From a virus (lineage: Duplodnaviria > Caudoviricetes): a stretch of 64,000 nucleotides of DNA. The stretch is taken from IMG/VR virus record IMGVR_UViG_3300049009_000874, positions 96,001-160,000 of that record, one strand, 5' to 3'. Position 1 is the first letter of the stretch, and each line of letters begins with the position of its first letter. A program made the translations under genes and the position numbers. The notes beneath the pieces are model-generated. The model ran no database searches. It saw nothing but the letters and a program-made list of their open reading frames with translations, and was not told the origin of the DNA. This document shows, in pieces, positions 9,796 to 19,152 of this stretch.

Positions 9796-10882
9796 TGAAG
9801 AACCTCTGTACAAGCATCACGATCTTCTTGACCTCGCCATGGCTCAGTCTCGGGTGGATCGGAAGGTTAAGACCCCGCGACTCTAGCTTGTCGCAGCCGG
9901 AGTAGCGACCAGACCTGTATTTGCTGAAAATCTTGTAGCGATGGAGGGGATGAAACCTTAATGTCGTGTAAACAAGCTCCGAGAGCAGTTCTTTGGCGAG
10001 CTGATCCCTCTTGTCGGTCTGTATGAGATACGTGAAATAAGAATGCCTGTATGCATCGCTTGTCTTGGGCGTATCTATCGGGAGACCCTTGAACGATTCC
10101 GTGTAGAAATCCCATATTTCCCGGCGCTTTGTTTGGTTTTCCCGAAGCTTGATCAGGCTTGTAATCGCGAAACAGGCTGCTATGTCGTTGGGCGTGTATT
10201 TCGGGAAAGTAGCCGTTATCTGCCCGACCCACCACCTGCCCCCGTGAGAAGACGCGTTCAGACCAGTCGAAGAGATACCGAGGTCTCGGAGGCATCTCGC
10301 CTCCTCCACCAGGTTCTCGCTCACGCACACGCCGCCGGCGTCTGGGGTCGGAAGGTTCTTGATTGGATCAAAGCTGAAAGCCCCAAAATCACCAATCGAC
10401 CCACAATGCTCATCTCCGATCATGGTGTCGACGGCATGGGCTGCATCCTCTACCAGTGGCACCCCGAACTCCTTGAGGCTTTCCATGTCGCACGGCTTCC
10501 CGGCGTAATGAACCGGCATTATGGCTTTCACTCCGCGAACCCATTTTTTCCTGACAGTATCCGCCGTGATATTTCCATCCTCGGGGTCTACGTCTATCAA
10601 AACAGGTTCAAGACCTTCGAGGAGGATGGCGTTTATGCAGGCTGCGTACGTGAATGATGGTAGCATCACCTTGCTTCCCTTCTTCAGGTGAAGAAGCCTT
10701 ATTGCAAGATGCAGGGCGTTGGACCCACTGTTCACCATCACGAATGGCTTTTTCACCTTTTTCTCGAATTCCTTCTCGAAAAGCCTTACTTTAGGTCCTA
10801 TTCCGAGCCATCCAGACGCGATCGATTCCCTAAGAGATTCCAGTTCCATTTCATCGAATGACGACCCGAATACGTTTATCAT
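9788..10882 (-). CDS. DegT/DnrJ/EryC1/StrS PLP-dependent sugar aminotransferase
   Basis: VNSGSNALHLA, PVHYAGKPCD, EDAAHA, FSFDPIKNL, LNLPIHP. Confidence 0.95.
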   Translation of the reverse strand: MINVFGSSFDEMELESLRESIASGWLGIGPKVRLFEKEFEKKVKKPFVMVNSGSNALHLAIRLLHLKKGSKVMLPSFTYAACINAILLEGLEPVLIDVDPEDGNITADTVRKKWVRGVKAIMPVHYAGKPCDMESLKEFGVPLVEDAAHAVDTMIGDEHCGSIGDFGAFSFDPIKNLPTPDAGGVCVSENLVEEARCLRDLGISSTGLNASSHGGRWWVGQITATFPKYTPNDIAACFAITSLIKLRENQTKRREIWDFYTESFKGLPIDTPKTSDAYRHSYFTYLIQTDKRDQLAKELLSELVYTTLRFHPLHRYKIFSKYRSGRYSGCDKLESRGLNLPIHPRLSHGEVKKIVMLVQRFFNA

Positions 10883-11035
10883 GATTGTCCGATCGCAATG
10901 TTGAATTCTGCTTGAAAACCTGATTTTCAATCATACCAGTTGTCGAGAAAACAAGCAATAACGGTTGCGCTGCCACAAATAATTTCAGGTCTTTATCTAT
11001 TATATAGATGGAACATTTTCAACCCGGAGACAGTT

Positions 11036-11923
11036 ATGAATTTGGAAAACATCATCAAGAGCCTTGAGAACATCGTCGATTTGCTTAAGAAGGAGAACGT
11101 CAAGCCCCCAGTCCAAGAAACCAAGACCCCAGAGGCGGTCCCAGAAAAGCCTTCCGACTTTGCCGAGCTGAAAGCCCTCCTCGAATCTCCGGAATGGCCA
11201 CAGGCAGCCCCTGACTTCCTCATTTGCGAGGAAACGGAAAAGGACAAGATGGAACGCGCCGAAGGCATAGTCTCCTACCTCGGTCAGGAATTCAAGGAAC
11301 AGAAGTTCCTGGATTTCGGCTGCGGGGAAGGTCATGTCGTCAAGCACGTGTCCGGATTGGGAGCCGCAAAATCGACGGGATACGACATCAAGACGTCTGG
11401 ACCTTTTGCTTGGAACCAAGAAGAAGGTAATTCTATGCTGACCACCGACTTCGAGTACCTGAAGTCCAACGCCCCCTATGACTACGTTCTGATCTACGAC
11501 GTCCTTGATCATGCCGAGAACCCAGTCGCCCTTCTCAAGATGGTTTCTGGTCTGATCAACGAAAAATCAAAGATATTCGTTCGTTGCCATCCTTGGTCTG
11601 CGCGACATTCGACGCACCAGTACAGGAAACTCAACAAGGCTTACATCCAGCTCGTGTTCACCGAAGACGAGATCAAGAGCCTCGGCTTGCAAAACGACAT
11701 AGTCCAAAAGACCCACTTCCCGGTGAACGAAAACAACAAGTGGTTCGCGGAAGCCGGGCTCGATGTCGTCACGCACGACCAGGTGAAGACCGAGATCGAG
11801 GAGTTCTTCAAGAAGACCAAAGTAGTCGCCGACAGGATAAGGAAAGAACCTTACGACAAGAACTTCCCCGACCACCAGATGCAGCAGGTTTTCAACGATT
11901 ATGTTTTGAAAAACAAGAAATAG
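11036..11923 (+). CDS. class I SAM-dependent methyltransferase
   Basis: FLDFGCGEG, GYDI, YDVLDHAENP. Confidence 0.88.
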   Translation: MNLENIIKSLENIVDLLKKENVKPPVQETKTPEAVPEKPSDFAELKALLESPEWPQAAPDFLICEETEKDKMERAEGIVSYLGQEFKEQKFLDFGCGEGHVVKHVSGLGAAKSTGYDIKTSGPFAWNQEEGNSMLTTDFEYLKSNAPYDYVLIYDVLDHAENPVALLKMVSGLINEKSKIFVRCHPWSARHSTHQYRKLNKAYIQLVFTEDEIKSLGLQNDIVQKTHFPVNENNKWFAEAGLDVVTHDQVKTEIEEFFKKTKVVADRIRKEPYDKNFPDHQMQQVFNDYVLKNKK

Positions 11924-11931
11924 GAAAAATC

Positions 11932-12189
11932 ATGAACAATTATCTTCCGGTGGTCAAAAAAGAAACCACGTATTCACTCATGGGCAATCTCGAGAACGCC
12001 GACGACTACGAATACATCGAGAACAGGCTCAGGGAAATCGAGGAAGTCAACCCGGTCATAAGCAGTTGGATCAAGAGCTTTTCCAAAGTCGGCAAAAGCA
12101 AGCTGGTGACCGCCTACTGCGGTCTGATGGTCTACGAGCTTCTCCATAGCCAGGCAGAAGCCGATTACATGAACAAAGAGTACACATGA
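11932..12189 (+). CDS. hypothetical protein
   Basis: MNNYLPVVKK, AGGA RBS, ATGA overlap with next gene. Confidence 0.65.
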   Translation: MNNYLPVVKKETTYSLMGNLENADDYEYIENRLREIEEVNPVISSWIKSFSKVGKSKLVTAYCGLMVYELLHSQAEADYMNKEYT

Positions 12190-13091
12190 AGTTCGAAGTG
12201 AGAGCCAGGGTAAGGTGGAAGGTCAATTCCAACACCACCGAGCAAGAGTTGAGGGACAAGTCCTTCCGCGACATAGTGAAAGTGTTCCAGGACTGCAATC
12301 TTCCAAAGCTCGACGTCTCGGTCAGCGTCATCAGGATCAAAGACCCCAACGAAACAATCAAGATCAAATCGTTCCATTGGGATCATATAGTCGAAGAGAT
12401 ACGCAGGACCAAGAACAACTTCAGGTGTTCCCACAATGGTGTCGATTATGTCGCCAAAATGAACTCACAGAGGTATTTCCTGTTCCGGGAGAACAATCGC
12501 TGCGTCTGTTGCGGCATAGTCGGGAACAAGGTCTACCTGGAGAAGTCGCCAAATGACGTCTCCCCCCACTTCAACCTGTACGGAGAGAGGGACAATCAGT
12601 TGATCCTCCTGACGAAAGACCACATCAAGCCAAAAAGCCTCGGAGGCAAGGACAAGCATTCGAACTACCAAACCATGTGCTCCATATGCAACAGCCTCAA
12701 GGGGCACGCCAACATCAGCGTCCACAACCTTTCGAAGCTCCGTTCGATATACGACAAGAACCGCGGGGCGGACAAGAGGCATCTGCATGATATCATAGAG
12801 AATAACAAGGCGAGGATGTCCAGCAAGAAAAGGCAGCCAACCAGAAAGAGATCCGTAAAATTTAACAGAAATGACAAGAAAACAGTATGCGACATCTCCG
12901 TATATAGATTGAATGACGGATCTCTCGTCGGAATGTCGATTTATGAAGACCAAGGCAAGGACATGAAATACATAGGCAACGTTCGCAGGGGAACCAGCGT
13001 CAGGCTGTTGTCCTCGCGGCGAAGGATGTCCGAATGCCAGTCAAGTGGAGGTCCGCCAGTTTGGTACAACAAGTCGTTGCTGAGAAAATGA
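12186..13091 (+). CDS. HNH endonuclease
   Basis: CVCCG...LTKDHIKPKSLGGKD..SNYQTMCSICNSLKG. Confidence 0.88.
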   Translation: MKFEVRARVRWKVNSNTTEQELRDKSFRDIVKVFQDCNLPKLDVSVSVIRIKDPNETIKIKSFHWDHIVEEIRRTKNNFRCSHNGVDYVAKMNSQRYFLFRENNRCVCCGIVGNKVYLEKSPNDVSPHFNLYGERDNQLILLTKDHIKPKSLGGKDKHSNYQTMCSICNSLKGHANISVHNLSKLRSIYDKNRGADKRHLHDIIENNKARMSSKKRQPTRKRSVKFNRNDKKTVCDISVYRLNDGSLVGMSIYEDQGKDMKYIGNVRRGTSVRLLSSRRRMSECQSSGGPPVWYNKSLLRK

Positions 13092-13106
13092 AACCATGGG
13101 GGACAT

Positions 13107-13565
13107 ATGGAATCTTGGGAAACGGATCTGGAAAATCAAATTTCGAATCATGGAGCCAAAGTTAAATCCAAGCCGGGAGGGAGAAAAAAACTCTTGTTGT
13201 CCGTGGCTGTTTTGTCTCTTTTGTTGTCTTTCGTTTTCTCGTACAAGACAAGATCCGATTTCAGGTCTTGGGTCCAAAGCCATTTCAGGATGCAAGAGGC
13301 TTTGGGGTCAAAAAAACCGGGAGCGGTCGAGCCAGAACCCAAAAAGAAAGACGAGCCTGACCGGGATGAGACATTGAGCAAGCTGATCAAGAAGATGAAC
13401 ATCATCGGGATAGTCATGAATGAAAATTTTTCCATCCTGCAAAAAAGGGATCCGGGGTCGAATTTCATCTTCATCAACCATGACTGGACGTTAAGCAGGA
13501 TGCCGGAAAATATCGAGATAAAAAAGGAAGACCTCGGATTCGTCGAAGACAACGTCCGTCAATAG
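13107..13565 (+). CDS. hypothetical membrane protein
   Basis: Single hydrophobic helix LLLSVAVLSLLLSFVFSY. Confidence 0.65.
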   Translation: MESWETDLENQISNHGAKVKSKPGGRKKLLLSVAVLSLLLSFVFSYKTRSDFRSWVQSHFRMQEALGSKKPGAVEPEPKKKDEPDRDETLSKLIKKMNIIGIVMNENFSILQKRDPGSNFIFINHDWTLSRMPENIEIKKEDLGFVEDNVRQ

Positions 13566-14248
13566 CTCTTGAAGCTCTCGGTCGCCGTGAAGCTTGAGGC
13601 GTTCATCGTTTCGAGGGCGCAAGTGGCGATATAGTCGCTTATGAGTATGCTCATGTCGAAGTCCGACCTTAATTCGTGCACGATCTCTATCTGAAGGCTC
13701 TGGACGCTTTGGTCGGGATACCACTTCCTGTACAGCTGGTTCATGTTCGACTTGCTCCAGCCGCTCATGTTGCCGCCACTCTTCCCCTCGAACACGTTCA
13801 CGCCGAGGTCTCTCATCTTCTGCATGAAAAAATTCTTCCGCCATATGTCCATCGAATGGCTTTCTGGATCCCCGGCTCCGTATCCGACGACCATGTCTAT
13901 CTTTTCGCCTGAAATTATTCGGTGCCTGTCGCTCATGCCGTGTATCGTGTACAGGAACACGGTTTCTCCCCATTTCTTAGCCTTTTTGACGGTCCTCATC
14001 AGCGGATCAAGTATTTCTTCCCTGACGACGTCCTCGTGGCAATGGTACACGTTGTTGCAGTCAGCCTTGTCGTTGTTCGCGTCGACGTTCGCGGATCTTT
14101 CCCATCCCTTGTTTACGACGCTGTAGGACTTTATCTGGTTGGCTACGGTGTCGGCTATCAACGAGGTGTTCTCGTCGTTGCCCTGAAAACCGTGCGGTGC
14201 GAACATCACGATCGGCGTTCTGCCGTCTCTTACGCTTACTCTTTCCAT
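13559..14248 (-). CDS. Zn-dependent amidohydrolase-like protein (N-formylglutamate amidohydrolase/carboxypeptidase-type fold)
   Basis: FAPHG, DCN, TIHGM, SLQIEI motifs. Confidence 0.6.
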   Translation of the reverse strand: MERVSVRDGRTPIVMFAPHGFQGNDENTSLIADTVANQIKSYSVVNKGWERSANVDANNDKADCNNVYHCHEDVVREEILDPLMRTVKKAKKWGETVFLYTIHGMSDRHRIISGEKIDMVVGYGAGDPESHSMDIWRKNFFMQKMRDLGVNVFEGKSGGNMSGWSKSNMNQLYRKWYPDQSVQSLQIEIVHELRSDFDMSILISDYIATCALETMNASSFTATESFKSY

Positions 14249-14249
14249 T

Positions 14250-14648
14250 TCACCTCGAAGTTACTTTGATTCCAACCACCCCGTGCATGTTAGCCGATTT
14301 CAACTCTTCCTCCTTGTCGTCATAGTGCTTGACGACCTGAAGTCTGGCTAGGACTGGTCCTTTCGGCGCGTGGTCGGTAAAATAGACCTTCTTCACGGGA
14401 AGACCATGAGCCTGGATGAAATGCTGCACCGGAATCCTCTGCGGCTCGTTTTCCTTGATCCAGCTCTCTTCCTCGTGCGACAGGTTTCTCGCCGTGACTA
14501 TGATGCATTCGTAGCCGTTGTCATGGTGGCTCTTCAGAATACTCATCATTTTCGTGTTCGGGGTTCCGTCCTGCCAGCACAACGTGTCGTCAAAGTCGAA
14601 GCTTACGACATCTGAATCGGTCCATTCTATGAGGTGAATGATGTTCAT
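14250..14648 (-). CDS. HAD-superfamily hydrolase
   Basis: SFDFDDTL, IVTAR, HYDD. Confidence 0.85.
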   Translation of the reverse strand: MNIIHLIEWTDSDVVSFDFDDTLCWQDGTPNTKMMSILKSHHDNGYECIIVTARNLSHEEESWIKENEPQRIPVQHFIQAHGLPVKKVYFTDHAPKGPVLARLQVVKHYDDKEEELKSANMHGVVGIKVTSR

Positions 14649-14725
14649 CGGTTAATCCTAGACTATATTGCCCAATTAAACAACCTTATCTATCGTTCTC
14701 GTGACTTTTTTTGTGGTTTTCGGCT

Positions 14726-14839
14726 AGCCGTTCGCCGGACACCTGGCACCCTATGGTCGCGAATCGAGAAAAACTTGGAAATTTCCATGGTCGCCAGGCG
14801 AATAAAGGTTGTGAGCCGTTCGCCAGACACCTGGCACCC
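14726..14839. repeat. 26-bp direct repeat, two copies 88 bp apart
   Basis: AGCCGTTCGCC[G/A]GACACCTGGCACCC at 14726-14751 and 14814-14839, one mismatch. Confidence 0.9.
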
Positions 14840-14881
14840 CAAGTGAGGATGGTTGGTCACTCAAACGAAAGAGAGAATGTG

Positions 14882-15790
14882 ATGCTTATCAATGTCGATT
14901 ACAGACCGATGACAAAAGAACAGAAGTTTTTTTTGGCAAACATACTTACGACCAGCAGCAGGCTTCTAGGGAAGTGGGTCGCTTTGTCTGGGGTAAAGAA
15001 GCGCGGCGCGTTCCGCCACGGCATCTTGACCGGCAATCCAGACCTGTCAGTCATCCCGGAAGACATGCGGAAGGAGTTCCTGGGCGACGTGGAGACGATT
15101 CTCGTTCCCAAAAGAACGGTTTTTTCCGAACTTGGAGGAAGAAGCGTGGAGACCGCCGTCGTCGAGGGCTACATCCCTCTTCTGGTCAAATGGTCCAGGG
15201 GCGACGACGAATACCTATCCGAGTTGATATGCAAGGTATTGCAGAACATATACTACTTTGACGTTTCCAAAGCCAACCTGTCGACCTATATCGGGATGAT
15301 CAACAAAACCCTCAAGAAGACTTTTGCCGCCAACAACAGCATCGTCAGAACCCCGCTTGAATGGGGCGTCATAAACTACAACTTCGACCGGGCTGCCGAG
15401 CATGACGACGGAACCAGCTATGACGATTTGATCAAAAAGCTTGGGATCACGAAGAGGCAGAAGGAAAGCATGGACAGCTTCAAGAGGTTTTCCGGCATGA
15501 AGCGAATAAGCGAGATGTTAGGGGAAATCGAGGAGAAATCCGCCGACATGCCACAAGGATCACTCGCGATGCCGCCAGAATTCAACCTGGATGACGTGAA
15601 AGGACTCTCCGCGATACAGACGGAATGCGTGAAGGCTTTCATGAACGGGAAAAAAGGATGGCAGAGCGAGCTTTCAAGGCGACTTATAAACCCGAAGACG
15701 AAAAAACCGTACAGCAAGATGTTTATCGGCGTTTCGTTCAGGAAGGCTATAGAGAACATAAAGAAATCAATAGGAGATTCAAATGAATAG
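14882..15790 (+). CDS. divergent sigma-70-like protein
   Basis: YFDVSKANLSTYIG...SIVRTP resembles sigma 2.3-3.0; KKLGIT and LSAIQTEC...A resemble regions 3/4. Confidence 0.55.
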   Translation: MLINVDYRPMTKEQKFFLANILTTSSRLLGKWVALSGVKKRGAFRHGILTGNPDLSVIPEDMRKEFLGDVETILVPKRTVFSELGGRSVETAVVEGYIPLLVKWSRGDDEYLSELICKVLQNIYYFDVSKANLSTYIGMINKTLKKTFAANNSIVRTPLEWGVINYNFDRAAEHDDGTSYDDLIKKLGITKRQKESMDSFKRFSGMKRISEMLGEIEEKSADMPQGSLAMPPEFNLDDVKGLSAIQTECVKAFMNGKKGWQSELSRRLINPKTKKPYSKMFIGVSFRKAIENIKKSIGDSNE

Positions 15791-16118
15791 TCTTGCAGTC
15801 ATACCGATAGGCAAGTCAGGCGACCGAAATTTCTTCGCCGAATGGGATTTGCCGGCGGACGATATTGTGGGCAATCTTGTTGATTTTTTGGGTTCGCCGT
15901 GCGATAATGGTTTTGTTATCGTGGTCTCGGCTTTGCCATTGCCGATAACGGACTTAGTCTGCACTCACGCGGGAAGCGATTCCGAGAGCCATGTGTACAA
16001 AAGCGGCGGCAGAACGTTAAGGTTCCCGCCACAGTTCTCCGGCAAAGTAGGCGTTCCGGGAAGCCTGTACGTAGCGGTGAAAGTTCCAGGGAAGATACAT
16101 GTTCAAACTGACATATGA
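15783..16118 (+). CDS. hypothetical protein
   Basis: AGGAG RBS, operon context. Confidence 0.6.
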   Translation: MNSLAVIPIGKSGDRNFFAEWDLPADDIVGNLVDFLGSPCDNGFVIVVSALPLPITDLVCTHAGSDSESHVYKSGGRTLRFPPQFSGKVGVPGSLYVAVKVPGKIHVQTDI

Positions 16119-16926
16119 GTCCGAAGCCAACGTTTTTGCTTTCGCAAAGAAAGTCAAGGAGTTCTGGAGCGAGAAGAGCGAATCCGCCTCAATGCCTGCT
16201 TATGTCGTCCTCCGACGCCTCGACGCAGTGGTGTCGGTGCTCATCTGCAAGAGGGAGGAGATTCTTCTTGATGTCGTCAAGGCTTGCAGGATAGGGGCTG
16301 GGATCGACGGCGTTTCCATATGCATCGACAGGAACATTGAACCCGAAGGGCTATCGCTACTGGTGTCCGGCGTAAGCCAGACCGGCATAGCTGCAAGGAA
16401 AATCCGTTACAGCATCGACGATAGACGTGAGATACATTGGGGAGAAGAGCTTGACTCAAGCCCGGGAGTCTGGCGTCCGTTCGAGGCAGCCATGTCGCGG
16501 GAACTGTCGTTCGACGAGATCAGGAGAATAGGAGCCGGCTTGGGTTTCTCGTTGGATCGGCAATTTTTCCACTCCATACGCCAGGTTTTTTCCTACCTTT
16601 CCCACAACGAGGACATATACGTGATCGATCTTGTGTCCCCGCGACACCCGGAATGGGTGGAGGCGGAAAGCAAGCTCTCGAAACTGTGCGAAAGCCTTGT
16701 TTCGAAAGGGATCATAACCATGGCGTGCCGTGACGAACTTATCTCCGCCGGGGAATACCTCGGTAAAATGGCTTTTTTGGACGAGGTCGAGCAAATCGTC
16801 GCCAGGAATATCGGCGGTCTCGACGCCTCGGTCGTGTCGAACCCCAAGGATTTCGCGGAGAGGCTACACCAGAAGATTTTCGACTTCAGGTTCGACCTGC
16901 ATAATTCCGAAATGATTCACTGGTGA
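16099..16926 (+). CDS. hypothetical protein
   Basis: 275-aa ORF in operon. Confidence 0.7.
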   Translation: MFKLTYESEANVFAFAKKVKEFWSEKSESASMPAYVVLRRLDAVVSVLICKREEILLDVVKACRIGAGIDGVSICIDRNIEPEGLSLLVSGVSQTGIAARKIRYSIDDRREIHWGEELDSSPGVWRPFEAAMSRELSFDEIRRIGAGLGFSLDRQFFHSIRQVFSYLSHNEDIYVIDLVSPRHPEWVEAESKLSKLCESLVSKGIITMACRDELISAGEYLGKMAFLDEVEQIVARNIGGLDASVVSNPKDFAERLHQKIFDFRFDLHNSEMIHW

Positions 16927-16927
16927 T

Positions 16928-16956
16928 GTTTACTTGGTTTTCTACATCTGTATAAT
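16928..16956 (+). promoter_or_regulatory. early-type promoter
   Basis: GTTTAC-N17-TATAAT in intergenic gap. Confidence 0.55.
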
Positions 16957-17004
16957 GTATCTAGAGCGTTTATCTCATCCAACTCGGCAACTGGGGCTCG
17001 CAAG

Positions 17005-17232
17005 ATGCGCAGGCAATTTGAGCACAAACGGAAGATAATAGACTATCTTCATTCCATAATGAAGTCGGCGTCTTCGTCCAAAGACGATGAGGTCAACACT
17101 CTGATGGATCTGGCGATGCTGACTTTCGAGTTCATGGACGAAGGCGAAAGGCAGAAGATACTGGATGCCATAGGCAAGGAATACAAGATGATGCCGCCAA
17201 CCATTTACCACATAGAAGAACTACCCTTTTAA
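17005..17232 (+). CDS. hypothetical protein
   Basis: 75-aa ORF downstream of promoter. Confidence 0.6.
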   Translation: MRRQFEHKRKIIDYLHSIMKSASSSKDDEVNTLMDLAMLTFEFMDEGERQKILDAIGKEYKMMPPTIYHIEELPF

Positions 17233-17243
17233 AGGAGCGACAA

Positions 17244-17672
17244 GTGAAACCGAAATTAGCGCACAAAAGCATTTTGTCTCTTATCAAGAAATGCTGGAAG
17301 ATAGACAAGAAAGTCAAGAACTTCAACGACTCCGAGGAGCAGATAGGCTATTCCCTCAGCAAGTCGGACGGACACACCTACATGAGCGTCTGCCCTACCA
17401 AGATGGAAGTCATCGGAGGCTCGGACGACGGCAAGCTCGTGTGGAACAAGTACGTGTTCGACATTGGAGGGTTCATAAGCAATCTCGTCGAGATGAAGGT
17501 GAGTGTCGACAATGTCGCCCTGGCGACCAAGACCAAGCCGTCGATCGAATGCGACCAGCTTCTGTTCTTGCTGAGCCACAAAAAAGAGAAGATATGCCTG
17601 AGCGTCTTCACCAGACCAGCCAACGATCTTGAGCCAAGCAAGAAATCCACCCATATCCAGGAGAGCGAATGA
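17244..17672 (+). CDS. hypothetical protein
   Basis: AAGGAG RBS, GTG start. Confidence 0.7.
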   Translation: MKPKLAHKSILSLIKKCWKIDKKVKNFNDSEEQIGYSLSKSDGHTYMSVCPTKMEVIGGSDDGKLVWNKYVFDIGGFISNLVEMKVSVDNVALATKTKPSIECDQLLFLLSHKKEKICLSVFTRPANDLEPSKKSTHIQESE

Positions 17673-18136
17673 GCATTTTCGAAAGCTCTGAACCAACGGG
17701 GAAAAGCGAACTCGAACGCATGGATATAAACACCTTCGTCGTCAAGAAAAGCAACGGCAACTGGGTGTTCGAGAAGGACGGGTCTTTCTACAGCTTCGCG
17801 CCCCCGATGTTCGCCGAGATGACTCTTTCCCCGGTTATATTCGGCGCAGACAAGTTGATAAACTACGGATGCAAATTCAAGGGCATGGTGGGATACGAGG
17901 ACGGGTTCAACCTTTTGGTCTCGTCTTCCTACTTCCCGGCGTGCGACATCAGGCTGACGTATGCCGAGCCATTCTATGACGGCTGGATATATGAAGTCGA
18001 CGGCGAGAACCTTAAGGGCTTCATGGAACAGCAGAAGACATGGATGTGTCCCTACCTCAAAATGTACTACGACAAGCCGCCGTTGAAGCTGTACCTCAAG
18101 ATGGAGTCAATCCCCGAAAACGGCGCACCAGTATAG
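17669..18136 (+). CDS. DUF6717-like protein
   Basis: WVF...GADKLI...GFNLLVSSSYFP...GWIY...WMCPYLKMYYDKPP. Confidence 0.65.
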   Translation: MSIFESSEPTGKSELERMDINTFVVKKSNGNWVFEKDGSFYSFAPPMFAEMTLSPVIFGADKLINYGCKFKGMVGYEDGFNLLVSSSYFPACDIRLTYAEPFYDGWIYEVDGENLKGFMEQQKTWMCPYLKMYYDKPPLKLYLKMESIPENGAPV

Positions 18137-18610
18137 GCTTCCGTCGGAGGCTTTGGAGACCCCGAAGCCAACCCTTCCGAAACTCCGGTTCATTATGTTT
18201 TCCCTGTGACCCTTTGAGTTCATCCAGGATTCCGTAACCTCATTTTCGTCTTCCTGGTTCCACGCTATGTTCTCGCCTACGGTGTGGAACTTCCCCAGAA
18301 GAACCCCTATATCCGAATGCTTCAGGTTTTTCTTCCGAGCCATCCAGTCCGAGTGATCCTGCGCGTAGCCCACAAGCGTCTTGTCCAGCTTTAGACCTGT
18401 CCTTCCCTTGTATTCCCTTTCCCTGTTGTGCGTCGCTAGTAGGTTGGTGTTTGTCGCCGAGAACTCGCTATCCGGGGCAGGAGGCGCCGGTATCGCTTCG
18501 TGATTCTTCGGAACTATGTCGGTCCACACGTCGACGTCTCTGGATGGGCATCCGGAGAGAAGAAGAATCACCAGTAAAAACCTAAACGTGCTTTTTAGCC
18601 GAATCGACAT
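18107..18610 (-). CDS. CAP/SCP domain lipoprotein
   Basis: Lipobox LLSGC; HNRER, AQDHSDWMA, GENIA, WMNSKGHRENIM. Confidence 0.92.
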   Translation of the reverse strand: MSIRLKSTFRFLLVILLLSGCPSRDVDVWTDIVPKNHEAIPAPPAPDSEFSATNTNLLATHNREREYKGRTGLKLDKTLVGYAQDHSDWMARKKNLKHSDIGVLLGKFHTVGENIAWNQEDENEVTESWMNSKGHRENIMNRSFGRVGFGVSKASDGSLYWCAVFGD

Positions 18611-18688
18611 GGACTTCCCGTTCCTTTTTCGACTCGAACGCAATATTCGTCGAATCTCATGTATGTCGCCCTTATTTGTTTCCGACAA

Positions 18689-18696
18689 CATATATA
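18689..18696 (+). promoter_or_regulatory. putative late promoter box (TANATA)
   Basis: CATATATA ~30 nt upstream of 18729; recurrent motif. Confidence 0.5.
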
Positions 18697-18728
18697 CATT
18701 TGCGTAAATCTTTTAGCACGGTGACAAA

Positions 18729-19124
18729 ATGGAATTCAAGAGTTTTTTAGAGTACGACATATCGAACGCCATCAAGAACATAGCCAAAACGTTCCGCTAC
18801 GGAACCTACTGCGGTCCGAACAAGACCGGGGATATAGTGTCCAAGCCCTGCAACGTGCACGACAGCGGCGATCCCCTGAAACCGCCAAAGGACAAGCTTG
18901 ATTCGCTTTGCATGAGCCATGACGTCGACTACTGCAAGTGCGGCGACGAATGGACCGCCGGACTATTGGGAAACAAGGGATCGGAATGCAGCCGGGAGGC
19001 GGACAAGAAGTTTATCGGCGACATACGCCAGAACATTGATTCCATGAGCCCCAAGGAGAAATTCGTAGCGAACCTCATATTGGCTTATTTCAGGATGCAC
19101 GGAAACCTGCAGAAAATCATCTAA
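18729..19124 (+). CDS. phospholipase A2-like protein with putative head-targeting leader
   Basis: YGTYCGP Ca-loop, DKLDSLCMSHDVDY (HD dyad), EADKKF; leader MEFKSFLE. Confidence 0.8.
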   Translation: MEFKSFLEYDISNAIKNIAKTFRYGTYCGPNKTGDIVSKPCNVHDSGDPLKPPKDKLDSLCMSHDVDYCKCGDEWTAGLLGNKGSECSREADKKFIGDIRQNIDSMSPKEKFVANLILAYFRMHGNLQKII

Positions 19125-19152
19125 ACGCGGCGAATGGCTGCTATGTTAATTC

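Noticed and set aside
14726-14839. Possible mini-CRISPR array
   Set aside because: Only two repeats, a 62-nt spacer that is too long, and no cas genes in the window.
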